DNA of 64,000 bases from Marsupella aquatica (GCA_973895155.1 OZ316896.1:8205539-8269538), one strand, 5' to 3'. Counted from the stretch's first letter, positions 1 through 16,125 are shown. The notes: a model not told the origin generated them from the sequence alone. Numbers and translations: made by a program.

Positions 1-679
1 TCGATTGAATTCCTTCACACATCCCTAGTGGACGGAGTCGACCCACCAAAGAGCTCGAGATAACCACCCCACGAACAGTTCAGTGCCTGTCTTTCCTCGA
101 CGTGGGGTGGGAGAGCATGAATTGCGAAACTCTTGGACGTCGTTTGAGAGTCAATAAAGTAATCACGATCATCTACTCTGTAAACACATCCGGAAAAAAG
201 TAAAGACCTCTTTTTCATGGGATGTCAATATGCTCTCGGGAATCGGCATTCAGCAAGAGCTCCTCACACAATGATGCCCCAGTCCTAATCCCAAACTGAA
301 GAAAAACACCTTCTGTCCTCGAGAATACTGATTTCAAGCGGGGGTTATAACCGAGCATTGCCGTTCTCTCCTCCTACAGCTGACAACATCATTACTGCCA
401 TAGCCGAGAAGGACAGCATTCGAAGAAAACCCAGGAAAACCCGGGAACAAGGTTCTTGCTGGAAGTGATATAATGGTGAATTGATAACCGAGGATCATGG
501 TGGGTTGGGACCAGATCAGCCTTCTATGGACGACGTTTCAAGTGCACCTTGAGAAAGTGAATGAGAATGAGCTTTCAAGGCCAGAGTACAGTAGTACTTG
601 AATCAAAACAGGGAAAACTGGGCAAGGAAAAGAGAGTAGAACAACGTCAATAGCCAAAAGAGGCCTGGAGCAAAGACCT

Positions 680-1440
680 TGGCAAGGTCAGATAAGCTAG
701 ACACACAAATCCCTACAGTTGTCAAGTCCTCCATCTTTGTCTCTTTCGTTGGAAAGACGATAACTGAAGGAAAGGTGTCAGGCTCTGTGGTGCTGATTTG
801 GCACTTCTCATCAAACCAGCTTCAACCGCCTGGAATTATTCGCCAGGCGCCCCATTCTCATTCGTGGGAAAAGTCTGGTCCTTCTATAGTAACAGTTCCT
901 TCTCTCTTGTCTGAAGGGTCTCTCATTTCACAATGTGAATGGGTTTCATTTGCCTTGAATCTCTGCCCTTCATTTATATTTATGTTTTTGTAGGACTTTG
1001 GAGAGAACAATTCCCAAATCTAAAGCCTGGGTGGACCAAGACATTGTCCATGCCCATCCCCATGGACTGTGTAACGCAATCACTGCCTTTACACCAAAAA
1101 GTAAAAGGAATCGGTAACAGATAGCAGTTGACAACTTTGACTACCTTGTGGAGGATGTACAGTAGTCAAGACGTTCATGTTCAAGAAGAATGGAGTTTCC
1201 TCATCTTGAAGTTCCAATCTCAATCCAATTGAAAGCAAGCAAAATGGATCAATAAGATGAAAGACATAATTTAAAATATTTGTGCCACTCCGTTGCTCCC
1301 ATATCACGGATTCAAGTCGGCTGTTTAAGAAAACTGTCAAGTAATCACAAGCTTCACCAATACATATCAAATTTTCAGAAACGTCTTGACTACTTAGTCT
1401 ACAAGGTCGTAAAAGTTGTCAAATATTAAACCTTACCTTA
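680..1440 (-). pseudogene. Degenerate spliced coding remnant of unknown family (possibly TE-derived)
   Basis: Minus-strand open stretch LICIGEACDYLTVFLNSRLESVIWEQ...TTVHPPQ bounded by AG and GT; the next segment has stops and frameshifts. No family recognised. Confidence 0.2.
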
Positions 1441-3459
1441 ATTTGAATTTGGCATATTGGGTTGATTTATTTGAAGAGCTTCTGAATCTCCGTTTAAGCT
1501 GAGTGTTTTTCTGCATAGTCTCTGATGTCCAATCTACTGCTAGACAAAGTTTGAGACTTTTTTGAAATCATTTGCTTCATGTCTGATGAACACAAAGATG
1601 CTCGAATATTCTAAATCATGATTTCACTTTACACTTTGAAATTTCATGTGGGTCAACTGAAAACAAGTGTTCATGAGTAATGGCATGAAGTCTTTCAGCT
1701 TCAAGGTTGTCAAGTTGTCGAGTTACTAACCGACGAGACCGGTTTGGTAATGTAACTGAAACCGGCTGCAAACGGTTAGGAGATTAAAGACATAGTGGAG
1801 GTACATCCAGGCTTTAGCTTCACAATTCCCCCCTCCTTTCCGCCACCCAGTGAAAAGAAAAAAGAAAACATATTTATGCTCATAAACATGTTTAGCCCTC
1901 CAGTTTTGAGAAATTAATCCCCTGAGCCCGAGGGCAGAAAAAACTCTCATGCTTGTCTCTGGCCATGAACTAGGAGGACTAGTTTTTGCACCACGTAATC
2001 CCCATCATGAGTTTTCACTGTGAATTTCAGGGCATTACTGAGGAAGAATGCACCATCTCAATTTAGATAATTTCATTATGAAATTTCTCCTCCCTTCTCA
2101 CTCAAATGAGTTAGAAAATCTGTCTCAGGACATTGAGTGTATTAAGGTCCTATCGTACCTTGAATGTAGCTAATGATCAAGGGGGGTTATTTCTAACTGA
2201 TTTCCATATCTGTCATAAATGCTTTGTGCCAAAAGAGGTTCCCTTCCTCCTCAAGTTGCCAGGGCAAGTAAGTTTGCCCAAAATCCTTCACTCAAACATA
2301 TTGACTCACAATATAGCAAAGACACTACAGCACCTTGTCCATGCTGGACCTCAAAGCTCCACATACCCGAGCTTTGTTCCACACAGGAAACAAACAGAAC
2401 TGCATCGGGGAAACTTTTGAATTTTGGAGTTGTAACATTTTCAGCCTTAAGTTTTCTGTTTCCACCTTGCTCGCAGTTTCATTAGAGGGTCTCAAAGCTT
2501 GAAATTTGATGGACTTTTAGTTAGTAGTAGTGAAGCCAGGTTAGGGAGAACAAGTTAGGAACTATCATATTCAAAATCCTTAACTTACTCTATAAAGATT
2601 GGTCATATGCCACCATAAGTCACTGTGCCAGAGCATTATGGGCAAGCAGAGCCCCTCAAAACTTGAACTAAAGCTCTCCTTTATTATCTCCCATAATGCG
2701 CAGGGCTTCACTGTAATTATCCAAACGAACTCTCATTCTACAATGTGGATGGGTTTCCTTTAGAGATCTCAAGCTAGTGACTAACTCATACCAATAAATA
2801 TTTTTACACCCATACAGGTTTTTTGAGGGTATTCTTGCCTTTTTGTTCTTTCACCTTTTCCCTACTTTTGAAAATCAATTTAGTTCCTGCACAGAGCAGA
2901 TTGATGACCTATTGAGCCAGAATAAAAAATTGGAGTTGTAGCAATCTAGACACGTACTTAATTGAAATTCAATTGCCTCAACTAGAAAATTCATAATTGC
3001 TAGAAATTTACATGATGAATATCATGACCACTGTAGGTAGATCACCTATCTTAGTCTGGATTGAGGGGCATGTAGTCATTGGTAGCGCATACTAACAGGA
3101 GCAAATTCAACAATTGCGGTAATAGAAACTAAGGGGAGAAAAAGATGTGGTATGTCTTTGCAATGTTTTAGGAATGATGCCACATGATCAATATCAAAAC
3201 TCTTTGAAGGAACTGGCAAAGAAAATGTGACAAATGCAAGCCCAAGCAGGTTGGTGAGGTGGCCCTAACTATGGGCCACTTACCATTCACCCCTTTTCCC
3301 CACTGCCCCTCTTGTGCAACAGGGGGTGAGACAGGGGAAGTACATTGGTGATTCATGAATTCGTTTCCCGTACGCGAAGTTGGATTGATCGGTCAGCCAG
3401 TGCTACATATTGGGGCCAAGGTCTTGAGCTTCAGTATAATTACATTATTAATGAGTTTA

Positions 3460-3804
3460 TGTTAGATATTGCTCTAGTCTTGTGACTCATGAGCTAACCA
3501 CAGTTAGTCTAACTCGGGTTAGGACTTAGCTAATGTTAGCGGTAGTGCTGTTGTGCATATAGCCAGGGCTGATGCCAGACCCTAGGTGGAACTTAGGCTC
3601 ATTGTTACGGAGCTAGTTGAGAGATAGGGAGAGCTTGTGCTGTGGATGTTTGGTATGGCCGGTCGGCCTAGAGTGCAGTAAAGCTCTTGTGTGTTCCCGT
3701 GGACGTAGCCTCATGTGGAGGTGAACCACGTATCTCTCTGTGTCGACTATTGTGCGTTGGTTGGTTCATGGGCTTGCCATTGCGAATGTCGTCTATCCTC
3801 AACA
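3460..3804 (+). mobile_element. Ty1/Copia solo LTR (345 bp)
   Basis: TGTT...AACA termini; perfect 5-bp TSD GTTTA (3455-3459 and 3805-3809); R/U5 closely matches the LTR at 63762-64000 (-) and less closely the LTRs at 42002/47521; no PBS follows. Confidence 0.9.
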
Positions 3805-4029
3805 GTTTAGAGCTAGGGGTATGTTAGTGATTTGTGAATGTGTCTCACATTTAGTCTGTTCGATTCTTTGCGACTCAGCCAGTGAGACCTTGAGCTGCAT
3901 GAAAGATGCAAGGAGCTAGTCTAGAGCTGGGTTACATTAGGAACTCATGAATGTGAAAAATTGACAAATGCAGATTTCCTTTACTTAGCAAGAATACCGA
4001 AATGAAGAGTGGATTGGTCCTTAAACCAC

Positions 4030-4174
4030 CATTGTCCATATAAAAGGAGAAGTGTCCAAGACTCCTCACTTTTCATATTTATCTCCTCTAGCATGAGACG
4101 TTGCTCCACAATTTCAGGAAAAGTATACTAAAAATGGTGAAACCTGGTGTAACCAGGTTTTGTCATGGACAGTG
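4030..4174. mobile_element. Small MITE with CACTGTCC-type terminal inverted repeats
   Basis: Left CATTGTCCATATAAAA versus reverse complement of right end CACTGTCCATGACAAAA; no clear TSD. Confidence 0.45.
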
Positions 4175-4427
4175 GCGCTTTAAGAGAATAGTCGACGAGG
4201 GAATGCATCGCACCAGAATCAGTGAATGCTAATAAATTGGACCGTAAGTAAGATTAACCCTAAATCTAACGGTAATCACACATATACAGGCCTCGATCCT
4301 CAAATAATACCTAGAGAGGGAGGTAACAGTCAATGGAACAGCAAGTGGCGTATGTAACGAGGATGAATGACGGAAGTTAACAAAATGGGTTTCACAGGGG
4401 GGAAGTTGGATATTTGTGACTCATATA

Positions 4428-4733
4428 CACTGTCCCTGACAATTAGTGTTAGTTACTAGCGTGAGTCACGTTATTTCAGGTAGTTCAAAAGAAGTCACAC
4501 TTTTGGTCTCACTACTTGAGGTGTTAGTCCTTAATACTGCACACACTGAGAATCTAAACATACAACTGAGACTCAAATGGACTCTTTGAATACAAAGAAA
4601 ATAGTGTGATTAAAATACGTAATTAGTGTGATTGAAAACAAATAATGGTTCACATAATTTAGTGTGAGTCACTCTAAGTTTGGTGTCGCACTAATTATAT
4701 ACTACTTATCACACTATTTATAGACAGATAGTA
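4428..4733. mobile_element. Probable MITE with CACTGTCCCTGA left terminus
   Basis: Left CACTGTCCCTGACAATTAGTGT; decayed inverted right end (ACACTATTTATAGACAGATAGTA); internal ATTAGTGTGA repeats; interrupts the local repeat unit. Confidence 0.35.
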
Positions 4734-6872
4734 TTGAGGTCTTGAGCTTCGAGAAGGATCATTCGATGCTAGTATGCATGAGCTCTTCTAGAGGTGGGTA
4801 CACTATGCTTGTGACTCAGGAATGGGTTTGAGAAGGAGCCATGCAGCTATGAGCTACTCTAGAGCTGGGTACACTATGCTTGTGACTCAGCCGACACTGA
4901 GGTCTTCATCGAGGCGACCCCCGGATCGACCTTCTAGAAGGATTGACGCTATGAGCTAGTCTAGAGCTGGGGTACATTATGAACTCATGAATGTGTTTAG
5001 GAGGAACAAAGTTTGATAGTTTGTAACTTGACCACTGACTATATCACACACTACTATATACACAATATAGAGTTGCTTTCATTTTGGGGGCCATTTCTCT
5101 TTGTATATTTGAGTGCATTAATTCTCCATAATGCACCCCTTTTTTTGAGGAGGGGATTATACAAAACACCATAAATATAGTAAAAGTAAAAGTTAAATAT
5201 AGTTTTACCATGATACACAATTTTTAAAAAAATTTAGTCAAGATCTCAAGATGATAACCAAATCTTATGTGATGATACTAACAAAATATCTATGAATAGA
5301 ATCTAATATAACTAAAAAACGTATATTTTTGGCCAATTCTATAGCAACCACTTCTTGGATGACCTTTTAATTACGGACCCCACTAGAGGTCCCTTCCAAA
5401 ATTCCTGACTCCACAGCGCGCCACATCATCATGGCGCGCTGCAAATAGGAACGGATTGGTTTCCACAATGAAATTATGCCAACATTTGTGTTTGCGACAA
5501 GATTTTGGTAAAATTGAGGACGCCATGCCGTAAACCTTGATATAAAAAGTTATCAAAAATAATTGTTTTATTTACCCTGAGTAGGCTTTCAACCTTGTTT
5601 TATTTACCCCGCTTAACCAACTGCCCACCCTTTTTTTGAATTGTAATTCAATTGTAATTAAAGTAATGAAGCAACACTTTAATTACAATGGCAGTTAACA
5701 ATCCTGAGCATGGCAGTTAAGAATCGTGTTTCTGCAGCGCCAGAAGGTCATTTTTGTCTAGCACTCCTTCTCTAGCAATCTGTCTTCCGGCATTGTCGTT
5801 TCCTCGTGTCGTGCTCGTGGACAGAAGAATTATATGACGAACAGATTCAGCTTGTGAAGTAGGCAATTACTGAGCAGGAAATACCAAATTGCTCCACAAC
5901 TTAATGCAGCTTAGTGAGCGTTGCCCTACTTTTCTTGGAGTGGAGATCCGAATCGGTAACAAACGAAAGAACATAACATGCAATTTCATAAGGACGAAAC
6001 GAGCACACTGACTGCACCATCACTCTTGTGGGTTCTTACAGATCCAATCTATTACACAGGCTCGTATTTCAGGAGTTCATAAAGGAGGCAACTTGAAATC
6101 AAAGACCAGTCTACATGTAGGACTTCAAATTGTATCTCCATATCTGGTTTGTGAAAGGGAAGAGCTGACCCAGTGCTCCATTGCACCAGACAGAGCTCGG
6201 CTTGATTTGGCAATAAGAAATACTATCTAGCAATTGATAGACCAGGGCTCTACAAGTTTCTACGAGCACAGTCGATGCGGGAGTGGATGCCTTTAATTTC
6301 ATGATCAAATTGAAAATATTAGAAGTGATCAAAGCTGATTTGAGAGATCACTTGATAAGGACACGGATCATTATTGAAGCGAACAGAAGCAGCGACTTTG
6401 TCAAACGCATCGACCCTCAAGAGGCGCGTTTGCAAGAGGCTGTGGTAAAAAGGATTGTGTTCAAAGAGACGTTCAGATATCGATAAAGGATTTTAATGAA
6501 ATCATCCAAGAGTTCCAGGGTGAGAGGTCAATGTGGTTATTGTGAGGAAGAAGGAACGGAAAGTAAGAGATGAGGAACTCGGGGCGGAGGAGTAGGTTTG
6601 GCTGCTGAAAGGCAAAAAAGATTGAAAGGTTCAGGTGACAATTAGAGCTCTTTGGGAGCCACTAGCGGGAATGCATTTGTTGAAGTTCAGGAGAGAAACG
6701 GTCAAATGTGACTTTTGTGATGAGAAGAATTGGATTGAAAACTGATAAATAATGTGAATGGGTCGTAAGGAATCGGGAAGTGTAATGGAGAAGATAGGGG
6801 TCCACGAATTAATTTGAATTTTCTATTTCAGAGATTCACTTTTTCTTGTTTGTTACCTAAAAGTCACTCAAG

Positions 6873-7036
6873 TTTTTACATACATTAATGTCCTAGTTAC
6901 GGGCATTATGAAAATAATGCCCTCAAAACTCAGGCTAATGCCGTGGTGTTAGGGCATGTTTTTACATACATTAATGTCCTAGTTATGGGCATTATGAAAA
7001 TAATGCCCTCAAAACTCAGGCTAATGCCGTGGTGTT
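6873..7036. repeat. 86-bp-period tandem duplication inside a MITE-like AT-rich element
   Basis: 6873-6950 is nearly identical to 6959-7036; each copy contains the hairpin GGGCATTAT-GAAA-ATAATGCCC. Confidence 0.85.
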
Positions 7037-7163
7037 GTAAGGGCATTATATCCCACAATGCCCTCTAACCAGGACATTATCCTATTCAGAAATGACGCAG
7101 CAAACACAATTCACCAATAAGGCAATAAATCGTACAAAAATGCAATATTTAAATGGATGTGGT

Positions 7164-7245
7164 CGTCAGCTGCAGGGTTTGAACCTACGCGGGCAGCGCC
7201 CAATAGATTTCAAGTCTATCGCCTTAACCACTCGGCCAAACTGAC
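7164..7245 (-). tRNA. tRNA-Ser (anticodon UGA)
   Basis: Reverse complement folds as a cloverleaf: acceptor GTCAGTT/AGCTGAC, D arm GCCGAGTGGTTAAGGC, anticodon arm ATAGA-CTTGAAA-TCTAT, long variable arm, T arm GTAGG-TTCAAAC-CCTGC, discriminator G; T5 Pol III terminator at 7136-7140. Confidence 0.96.
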
Positions 7246-8147
7246 ACGCTCGGTCCAAACTGGAACTTAATATTTTGCATATAATGTAAACAAAGTTTTG
7301 ATTCTCCGACCAGCTGGGGTGAGTCGCGACTCGCTAAAGAAATGTGTGGTGTCTCTTACCCTTCCCGATGCTCGTCAATAACTACAGTTACTGCAATCCA
7401 CAGTGCGAGATCATTCATTTCACTGGATCGATCGAACCGAAACTGAAGTAGTTGGGTACTTCGAATTCTCGGACGCGTGAATGCGAACCATTTCTGAATC
7501 TGGAGTACTGTAGAAGGTGGCTCGCCACCTGAACAGTCTGGTGGATCGAGCTTTGCATGGTTCACCCATGAGCGGTAGCTAGATCAGGCAGTGCTGATTT
7601 CAACTAGAGTGACTCCCACCAAAAGGATTACTTTAAAATCTGGAATAGCAGAATCGCTAGATCGATTGCTTGGGAGAATATGGATTATCTGATTGAATTG
7701 CAGCTGGGTTTCAGGTCATCATTTAGAATTTGCGATCATTCAGATTTGCGGAGCAGACTTGGTACTTACGATCCCGAGATGATAAATATATGATATATAC
7801 GCAATAGATGCCTGTCGATTGCAAGAAAGCAGCATTAATCGATCTGAGCTACAGACGAACCTGAGCGTAATCGTTTCGAGTCGAACGAACCAGGTCCCGA
7901 ATAATGAGAATCACTTTCGGTAAGCAGACCCCAGGATTTCCCACCTGACGATTCATGATCGTCCAAAGGTGGAGGGGACGATTTTGAAGGTATGCATAGC
8001 GTTAGTAAGGAAGTCAATTATACAAGCAATTTAAGTACATGGGTTTCACTACTGTGAGCCTAAGGAGCCTATCCTAACTTCAAATCACCAGGATCAACGA
8101 AAGCATTTGAAACTGATTGAACGATAAGGTAAGATAAATTCCAGACA

Positions 8148-9543
8148 GTGCGATGTGCCTCCAGTGCTTATGGAGAAAGAAGGACCCTCCACACGTTCTC
8201 GTTGAGGAATTCCTCGACTCTCTCCACGGTCAGGCGGTGCTGCAGTGCCATGTCCACAACAAAGGCCCTGGATAGAAAGCCAGAGCGCCTGGAGTTCATT
8301 ATCGCCATCCCGGCCGACATGAGATCGCGACTTACGAGGGCGTTCGCGCAGACGGACAGTAGCAATCTCAGAGATCAGAGGATGACAACAACAGCACTCG
8401 GAGAGTCGACGTCTAGTGCGTCGACGGGGTCGAAAAGCGCCAATTCTCTTCAGTGCAGCTTCACATGGCCATACGCGACCGCCGTCGAGGTGGAGAAGCA
8501 AGAAATGGAAATCGAGGAATTTGTGAAGACGTTCGTCAAGTCGGGGTCGTTCTTGGGTCTGACTAGGTTCCCGTGTTCTGAAGCTGTCAGTTCCTGGCAG
8601 CTCCGCCAAGTAAGTACTGTGTTGCTGCTATTTGTAATCTCACAAACTCAACCGCGTTGCCTCTGAATTAAACTAGAGGGATTCCCAATGACCACAGGGG
8701 CTGGGAATAGGATCGATGGTGTTAACATGGGCACTGTGGAGGTCAAATTGTTACAGCTATGAAAGGACTCGAGCCCAGTATGTCCAAAGGTCGAAGACAT
8801 ATATTGTTGACGGAATCAAAACTTGTAAGACTATCCCAGATCGACAAGCTGCACAAACTAGCCCCTGGACAAACATTAGCTGCCGAAGGAAGAATAAGAA
8901 GAACTAGAACTGACCAAGGAAGATTCAATATGGGAGAATGCACCGACTTCAATGATAATGTTGAGACTTCTTCAAAACTTGGAGATTCTGATCAGAAATT
9001 CCCATATATACAATTCATTGGATAACTTCACATTAATTATATCCTCCGTATGAGTTTGAAGAGCAGTCAATCGATGGAAAGTATAATTGCCAAATTGGTT
9101 ATAAGACTACATTTTATCATACAGCTTCGGTCATTTACGAACATCCATTACTCTATTGCCCAGGTTCCTTGGAATAACTACCAATTATTCAATTCATTAA
9201 CAGTTCTACTGAAAATCAGTTCACATATACGACTCAAGTCTTAATATGTACAGTAGTAATATGGGACTTTCTAGTTATCATATTAATCAAGCCGACATAA
9301 GTAGATCCTGAAAATTCCCAGGATGGTGAGTACGTGCCGAGAATAGGAAACTGAAGTGTCCGCCACATTGAAAATGGTCTTGCCTTCATTTCGTTTCAGG
9401 TGAAGTACTGTCATTAAATCTGTTGAGTACATGCCTAGTCTGAGTAGTGTTTGAAAACCTTGTGCTGTTGTGAATTCCACAATTCAACCACGATGTTGCT
9501 CATTTTGTAGCTAAACGATGCATACATGGCGGCATACAGGTGA
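8148..9543 (+). CDS. Hypothetical spliced gene of unknown function
   Basis: 172-codon open frame with a strong phase-0 donor CAA|GTAAGT at 8609/8610; strong acceptor CATTTTGTAG at 9510 would add LNDAYMAAYR*. Start and exon set uncertain; no family recognised. Confidence 0.3.
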
Positions 9544-11340
9544 AGGTCGACAGGGTGTTGGCTACTCCACAAGACACACGCATGGCGGAGCTGTGGCATG
9601 GGGTAATGGATTTGCAGTTGACATGGCAAGGACGGATCATTGTAGTTGGAAGCTCCACATGCATTGGATTGATGAAGGTTACTGCAAGCAACTGAAGTTC
9701 ATCACCGGCGATAGCCCTTGGAGAGCCATCAATGCAGGGGTGATCGACGCCTGTTCGACCCAATTCAATTAACCTGCCCGACAGCCCAAGACAGAGGCCA
9801 TTCGGAATCGAATGAGAGCAGTCAGCGAAGAACTGTTGTCAAATGATGTTCTTTCCCTCAGTGTCTCCAATATTCTCACGAGGTTCATGGTTCCCCTCAT
9901 CATGTAATGATTTAAGTACTAAGGAGAAACAATTAAAGATCTCAGTCCGCATTCGTAGTGGAACATTTTCCATTCAGTCTATATCTCCTCGTTAGCCTTC
10001 AACATTGGGGTTCACCAACCAATTCCGTAGAAATTAAAAGAGAAAACTGAGTCAGAATTGCAACCAGTTGGCTTCACACGCACACGACTGAACAGTCCAC
10101 AACCTCAGCAATCCTTTTGGGCATTGTACGCAAAATTCGTCTCGATTTTCGTCCAGGAAACGTTACACGCGGAGGGGTAGGGCTGTAGACTGCCACGACC
10201 CCTTGTCTCACGCACAATTTGGGTGGACGTCTTACACGAAGAGGACAAGAGAATTGATAAGAAATCAATTACAGGAAAGTCACTTTCGATGGGAGCTTTT
10301 CGAGCCCAGGTCGGCAAGTATAACGATAAAGCAAGCTTTCCATGGAATCTTTGCTAGAATTTCCGGACATCAAGCACCGTGTGGTGAGAATAGTTCCGTT
10401 TCATTGTGGGACCTACTTGAATTAAATGGAAGGTCGCATATGAGTTGTGAGCAAGTCTAGTAGAGCCTCGCGGGTGGAATTGGCCGAATCCTACGCGCCC
10501 ATAGTTTTATACGCAACGATGTCGCTCAAATCTTCCAGAATTTTGAGCCTCAAATTCAGGATTGCACTTCAAGTTCAAGAAGAGGACTGGCTCTAGGAAC
10601 TTTATGCCGTGCAGAAGGCTCTTGAGAGTCTGGTTGACTGCGCAGTACTATATACAGGATCTCGTGCAGGATGATCATCCACGACGCACGTAATCCATTA
10701 TGATCAGGACGATAACGAAAATTTGAGCATATCGACGGAAATTTCAACACAGTTTGCATTATACATGGCTTTAACCTTTGCCATTTCGCACAGAAACTAA
10801 GTATATGAAAGGGAATTCCGCATGGATCTGCTGTCTAATGTGGGGGCGAATCAAATCAAGCTATTTACTCAAATGACGGAAACCCAACATAATACATTAT
10901 TTCACTCAAGTTACGACACCCTTATGTAAAAGGCTTGCAGGATAGCTGTGGTCACAATCTTGTGTAACAGGTAGGACATATAGCCAGGGTGACGATCCAG
11001 TGCATAACAAACTGCACATAAACGACTTGGAGTCAAAGTCGAAATTCGCCAAGAAAATGATCATGAGCTTTTCCTCCCTTTCATCGTCGAGGTTTTGAAA
11101 CCGTGAAGAATGATGCATAAACATACGTCCAACGACAATCCATTTTTAGCTTCCCGCATTGAATGTATATATATAAATACACTTTCCAAAATTGCCTGTC
11201 TTTTTCAACAGTATAGTGTAGTCTGAGGCTTTAACTCTAGGCTGACTACAAAACGTTGTCATGGGAGCTCGCAAGCTCAGAGTACGAACTTGTAAGCAAT
11301 GTGAAAAAGTAACTACTAAAGGCACATTGGAAGCTTTCCA

Positions 11341-13885
<2,545 letters not shown>

Positions 13886-14358
13886 CTAAGCTTTGCAGAA
13901 GGGAACCTCACTCCAAGAACTCCAGACGGGATGCTAATAGATATGAGCTAGCCAAGATTGAAATTGAGATGTGTGCTTGGTTGGAAACTAGGCAAGGAAA
14001 GCAAATTGCTCATGAGAGAATTGATTCGTATGCACTGATGCAGGCTGGAACCAACGCAGCCTGGAGCATCTGACCTGAGTCAAGATAATTTGATTGTTTA
14101 TACATGAAAGGAGGAAACAAGGAAAGGAAAATCTGCTGCAATGAAATTGGGGTGTTGCATGGGGAAATGAAACCGTTGGAGCTAACGAAACACAAAGAGA
14201 AACCCACTCAAACAGGAAGCGTTCATGGAGAAACACAGAAATCGAAAGAACCAAATCAGATTTGTTGCAAAAGTTGACGAAGAGTCAACTTGATTAGTCA
14301 GTGAAGATGTGGGCCTTGTCCGTTCAGGTTGTTTTCTCGTTTATGGAAACAATCAGTT

Positions 14359-14361
<3 letters not shown>

Positions 14362-14390
<29 letters not shown>
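14362..14390. repeat. (CT)n microsatellite upstream of RUVBL2
   Basis: About 14 CT units read directly. Confidence 0.95.
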
Positions 14391-14394
<4 letters not shown>

Positions 14395-14426
14395 ACGCAC
14401 TCTTATGCAACAATTAGCTCAATACC

Positions 14427-14680
14427 TGTGCGTTGAGATGTCCCTGCACGAAGATTTCGGTTGCAGAAAAGATGTCATTCCGCACAAAAGTAGTTATATG
14501 AAAGATGTTATTGCAAACTGTCTTTGTGCATAGGACTAAAAGACCAAAAATGAAGCATGTATTGCAAAAATGTCTTTGTGCATAGGATCATAGATATTGT
14601 TGTGCAGAACACGTTATGTGATAGAAGTTTGGGGAGAAAATAACATTCTGGAAAATATGTCATCCATATCTCAACACAAG
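14427..14680. mobile_element. Probable MITE in the RUVBL2/NdhO divergent intergenic region
   Basis: Inverted ends TGCGTTGAGATGT and ATATCTCAACACA; internal repeats AAAGATGT and TGTCTTTGTGCATAGGA. Confidence 0.35.
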
Positions 14681-16086
14681 CGTAGGACTCATGGTTGGAA
14701 TTTGATTCTGTTTTTTATTATTAGTTTGCTTAGTTTTATATTGGTAGCTTAGATTTATTATACTGTATCTTTATAAAATCAGTAAAGGAAAAACAAAACA
14801 CCACACAATAATCAACCCAAAAACAAATATGGATTGAAAGAGATAAAACTTTCATAGGAAATGAAAAAAATATATTCAAAATTGGGAAAATAATAATTTC
14901 TTGTTCATCGTTCTTTCTCTTCCCCTAGTGGTCATACCCACTAACATGGAGTGTAGGCAAACATCATTTTCAGAGATTCACCTTGCCCCAATCCCCATTT
15001 TTCATACATACCCTCTGGTCTTATTTGTCTTCTTCTAATCTCAAATAAATATAGGGTTACTTTAGGGAGGGATACCTTTAGCTTTTTGGGGAAGAACTGG
15101 CTGCACAGGGTAGAGGGAATTTTAAGACTGGGCATGATTGTGGCATAGGATGCATTGTTGTGTTTTGGCAGGGCAGGGATAAAGTTTGGCACACTGGAAA
15201 TAGGACCAAAATGCACTCGCCATTATTTTCAATTTGAGTACACAAGAATGAGGAGATTTGCGTGGATTTAAAAAGCTCAAGAATATATCCCCTCACAAAA
15301 GCACATTAAAAACATACACCAAGAAATCTAACTAAGCAAGTCAAATTAACCTTGGCAGTAAAAATAAAAATAAAAATAAATTAACCTGGGCAGTGTCCAG
15401 ATCACCGTAGGATCAGATTGGAGACCTCAATCTGAGCATTAGTATATTTGTAAATGAAATGGATACAGAGACAATCTTGCTGCTCCTTGTGGACCGTCAG
15501 AGGCTTTGAGCTTCAATAGGACGTGTCAAAACAGTATCATAAATGAGACATTCGGTGTCAAAATATTGTCATAAATGACATTCCATCAAGACCATAAAAC
15601 TGCTTTATAACCAGGACATAAGGAGTTACTGGCTACCTAAATACAAGCCCCATAAGAATCTTACTCTCTACAAAGTTTATGCCCATAGTCTACAAAGTTT
15701 CTGTCCATAACACTTTGCTTAGGGGAGAACTGTGACCCTAATGAATTTCCTGGGTCCGCAAAATCTGTATGTGAAATCACCGTGCCCACAGCTGTCCGAC
15801 CCCAAAGTTGTCTAGATTATTGAATTCCATTGTTTCCATCCCTCTACTCTATCTTTCTATGTTCTATCCATCGACTGTACGCTGCACTGCCCTCTGGTTT
15901 CTAGTGTACCCGTGCACGTCCACCCTTCATACATGGCACAGTAATCGCAACAGCAGCAGAGAACATTCACTCTATAGGTGGAGAGTGCAAAACGCCGGAA
16001 TGTGCTTGCTATGGCTGAGGTGCTGAGGTTTAGCGGACAGCAGTAGCAAGAGAATCAGCCGAGTGACGAGGCTTTGCTTTCGGCCA

Positions 16087-16125
16087 AGAAGAGAAGAGAA
16101 GAGAAGAGAAGAGAAGAGAAGAGAA
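16087..16125 (+). repeat. (GAAGA)n pentanucleotide microsatellite in the NdhO leader
   Basis: About 7 units read directly. Confidence 0.9.

Larger units (their letters stand above)
3340..4995. repeat. Degenerate dispersed/tandem repeat block (core ATGAGCTAGTCTAGAGCTGGGTACA...), interrupted by a solo LTR and MITEs
   Basis: Related cores at about 3913-3955, 4778-4819, 4849-4890 and 4951-4995; a further copy is split by the solo LTR at 3460. Confidence 0.6.

Noticed and set aside
3408-3459. Longer solo-LTR boundary starting near 3408
   Set aside because: No TG start or TSD there; 3460 gives TG plus a perfect GTTTA TSD.
4778-4995. Repeat-spacer-like pattern resembling a CRISPR array
   Set aside because: Only three diverged units, unequal spacers related to neighbouring repeats, no cas genes, eukaryotic context.
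6111-6486. Short ORFs near 6.1-6.5 kb
   Set aside because: Interrupted frames, no recognisable motif or convincing exon structure.
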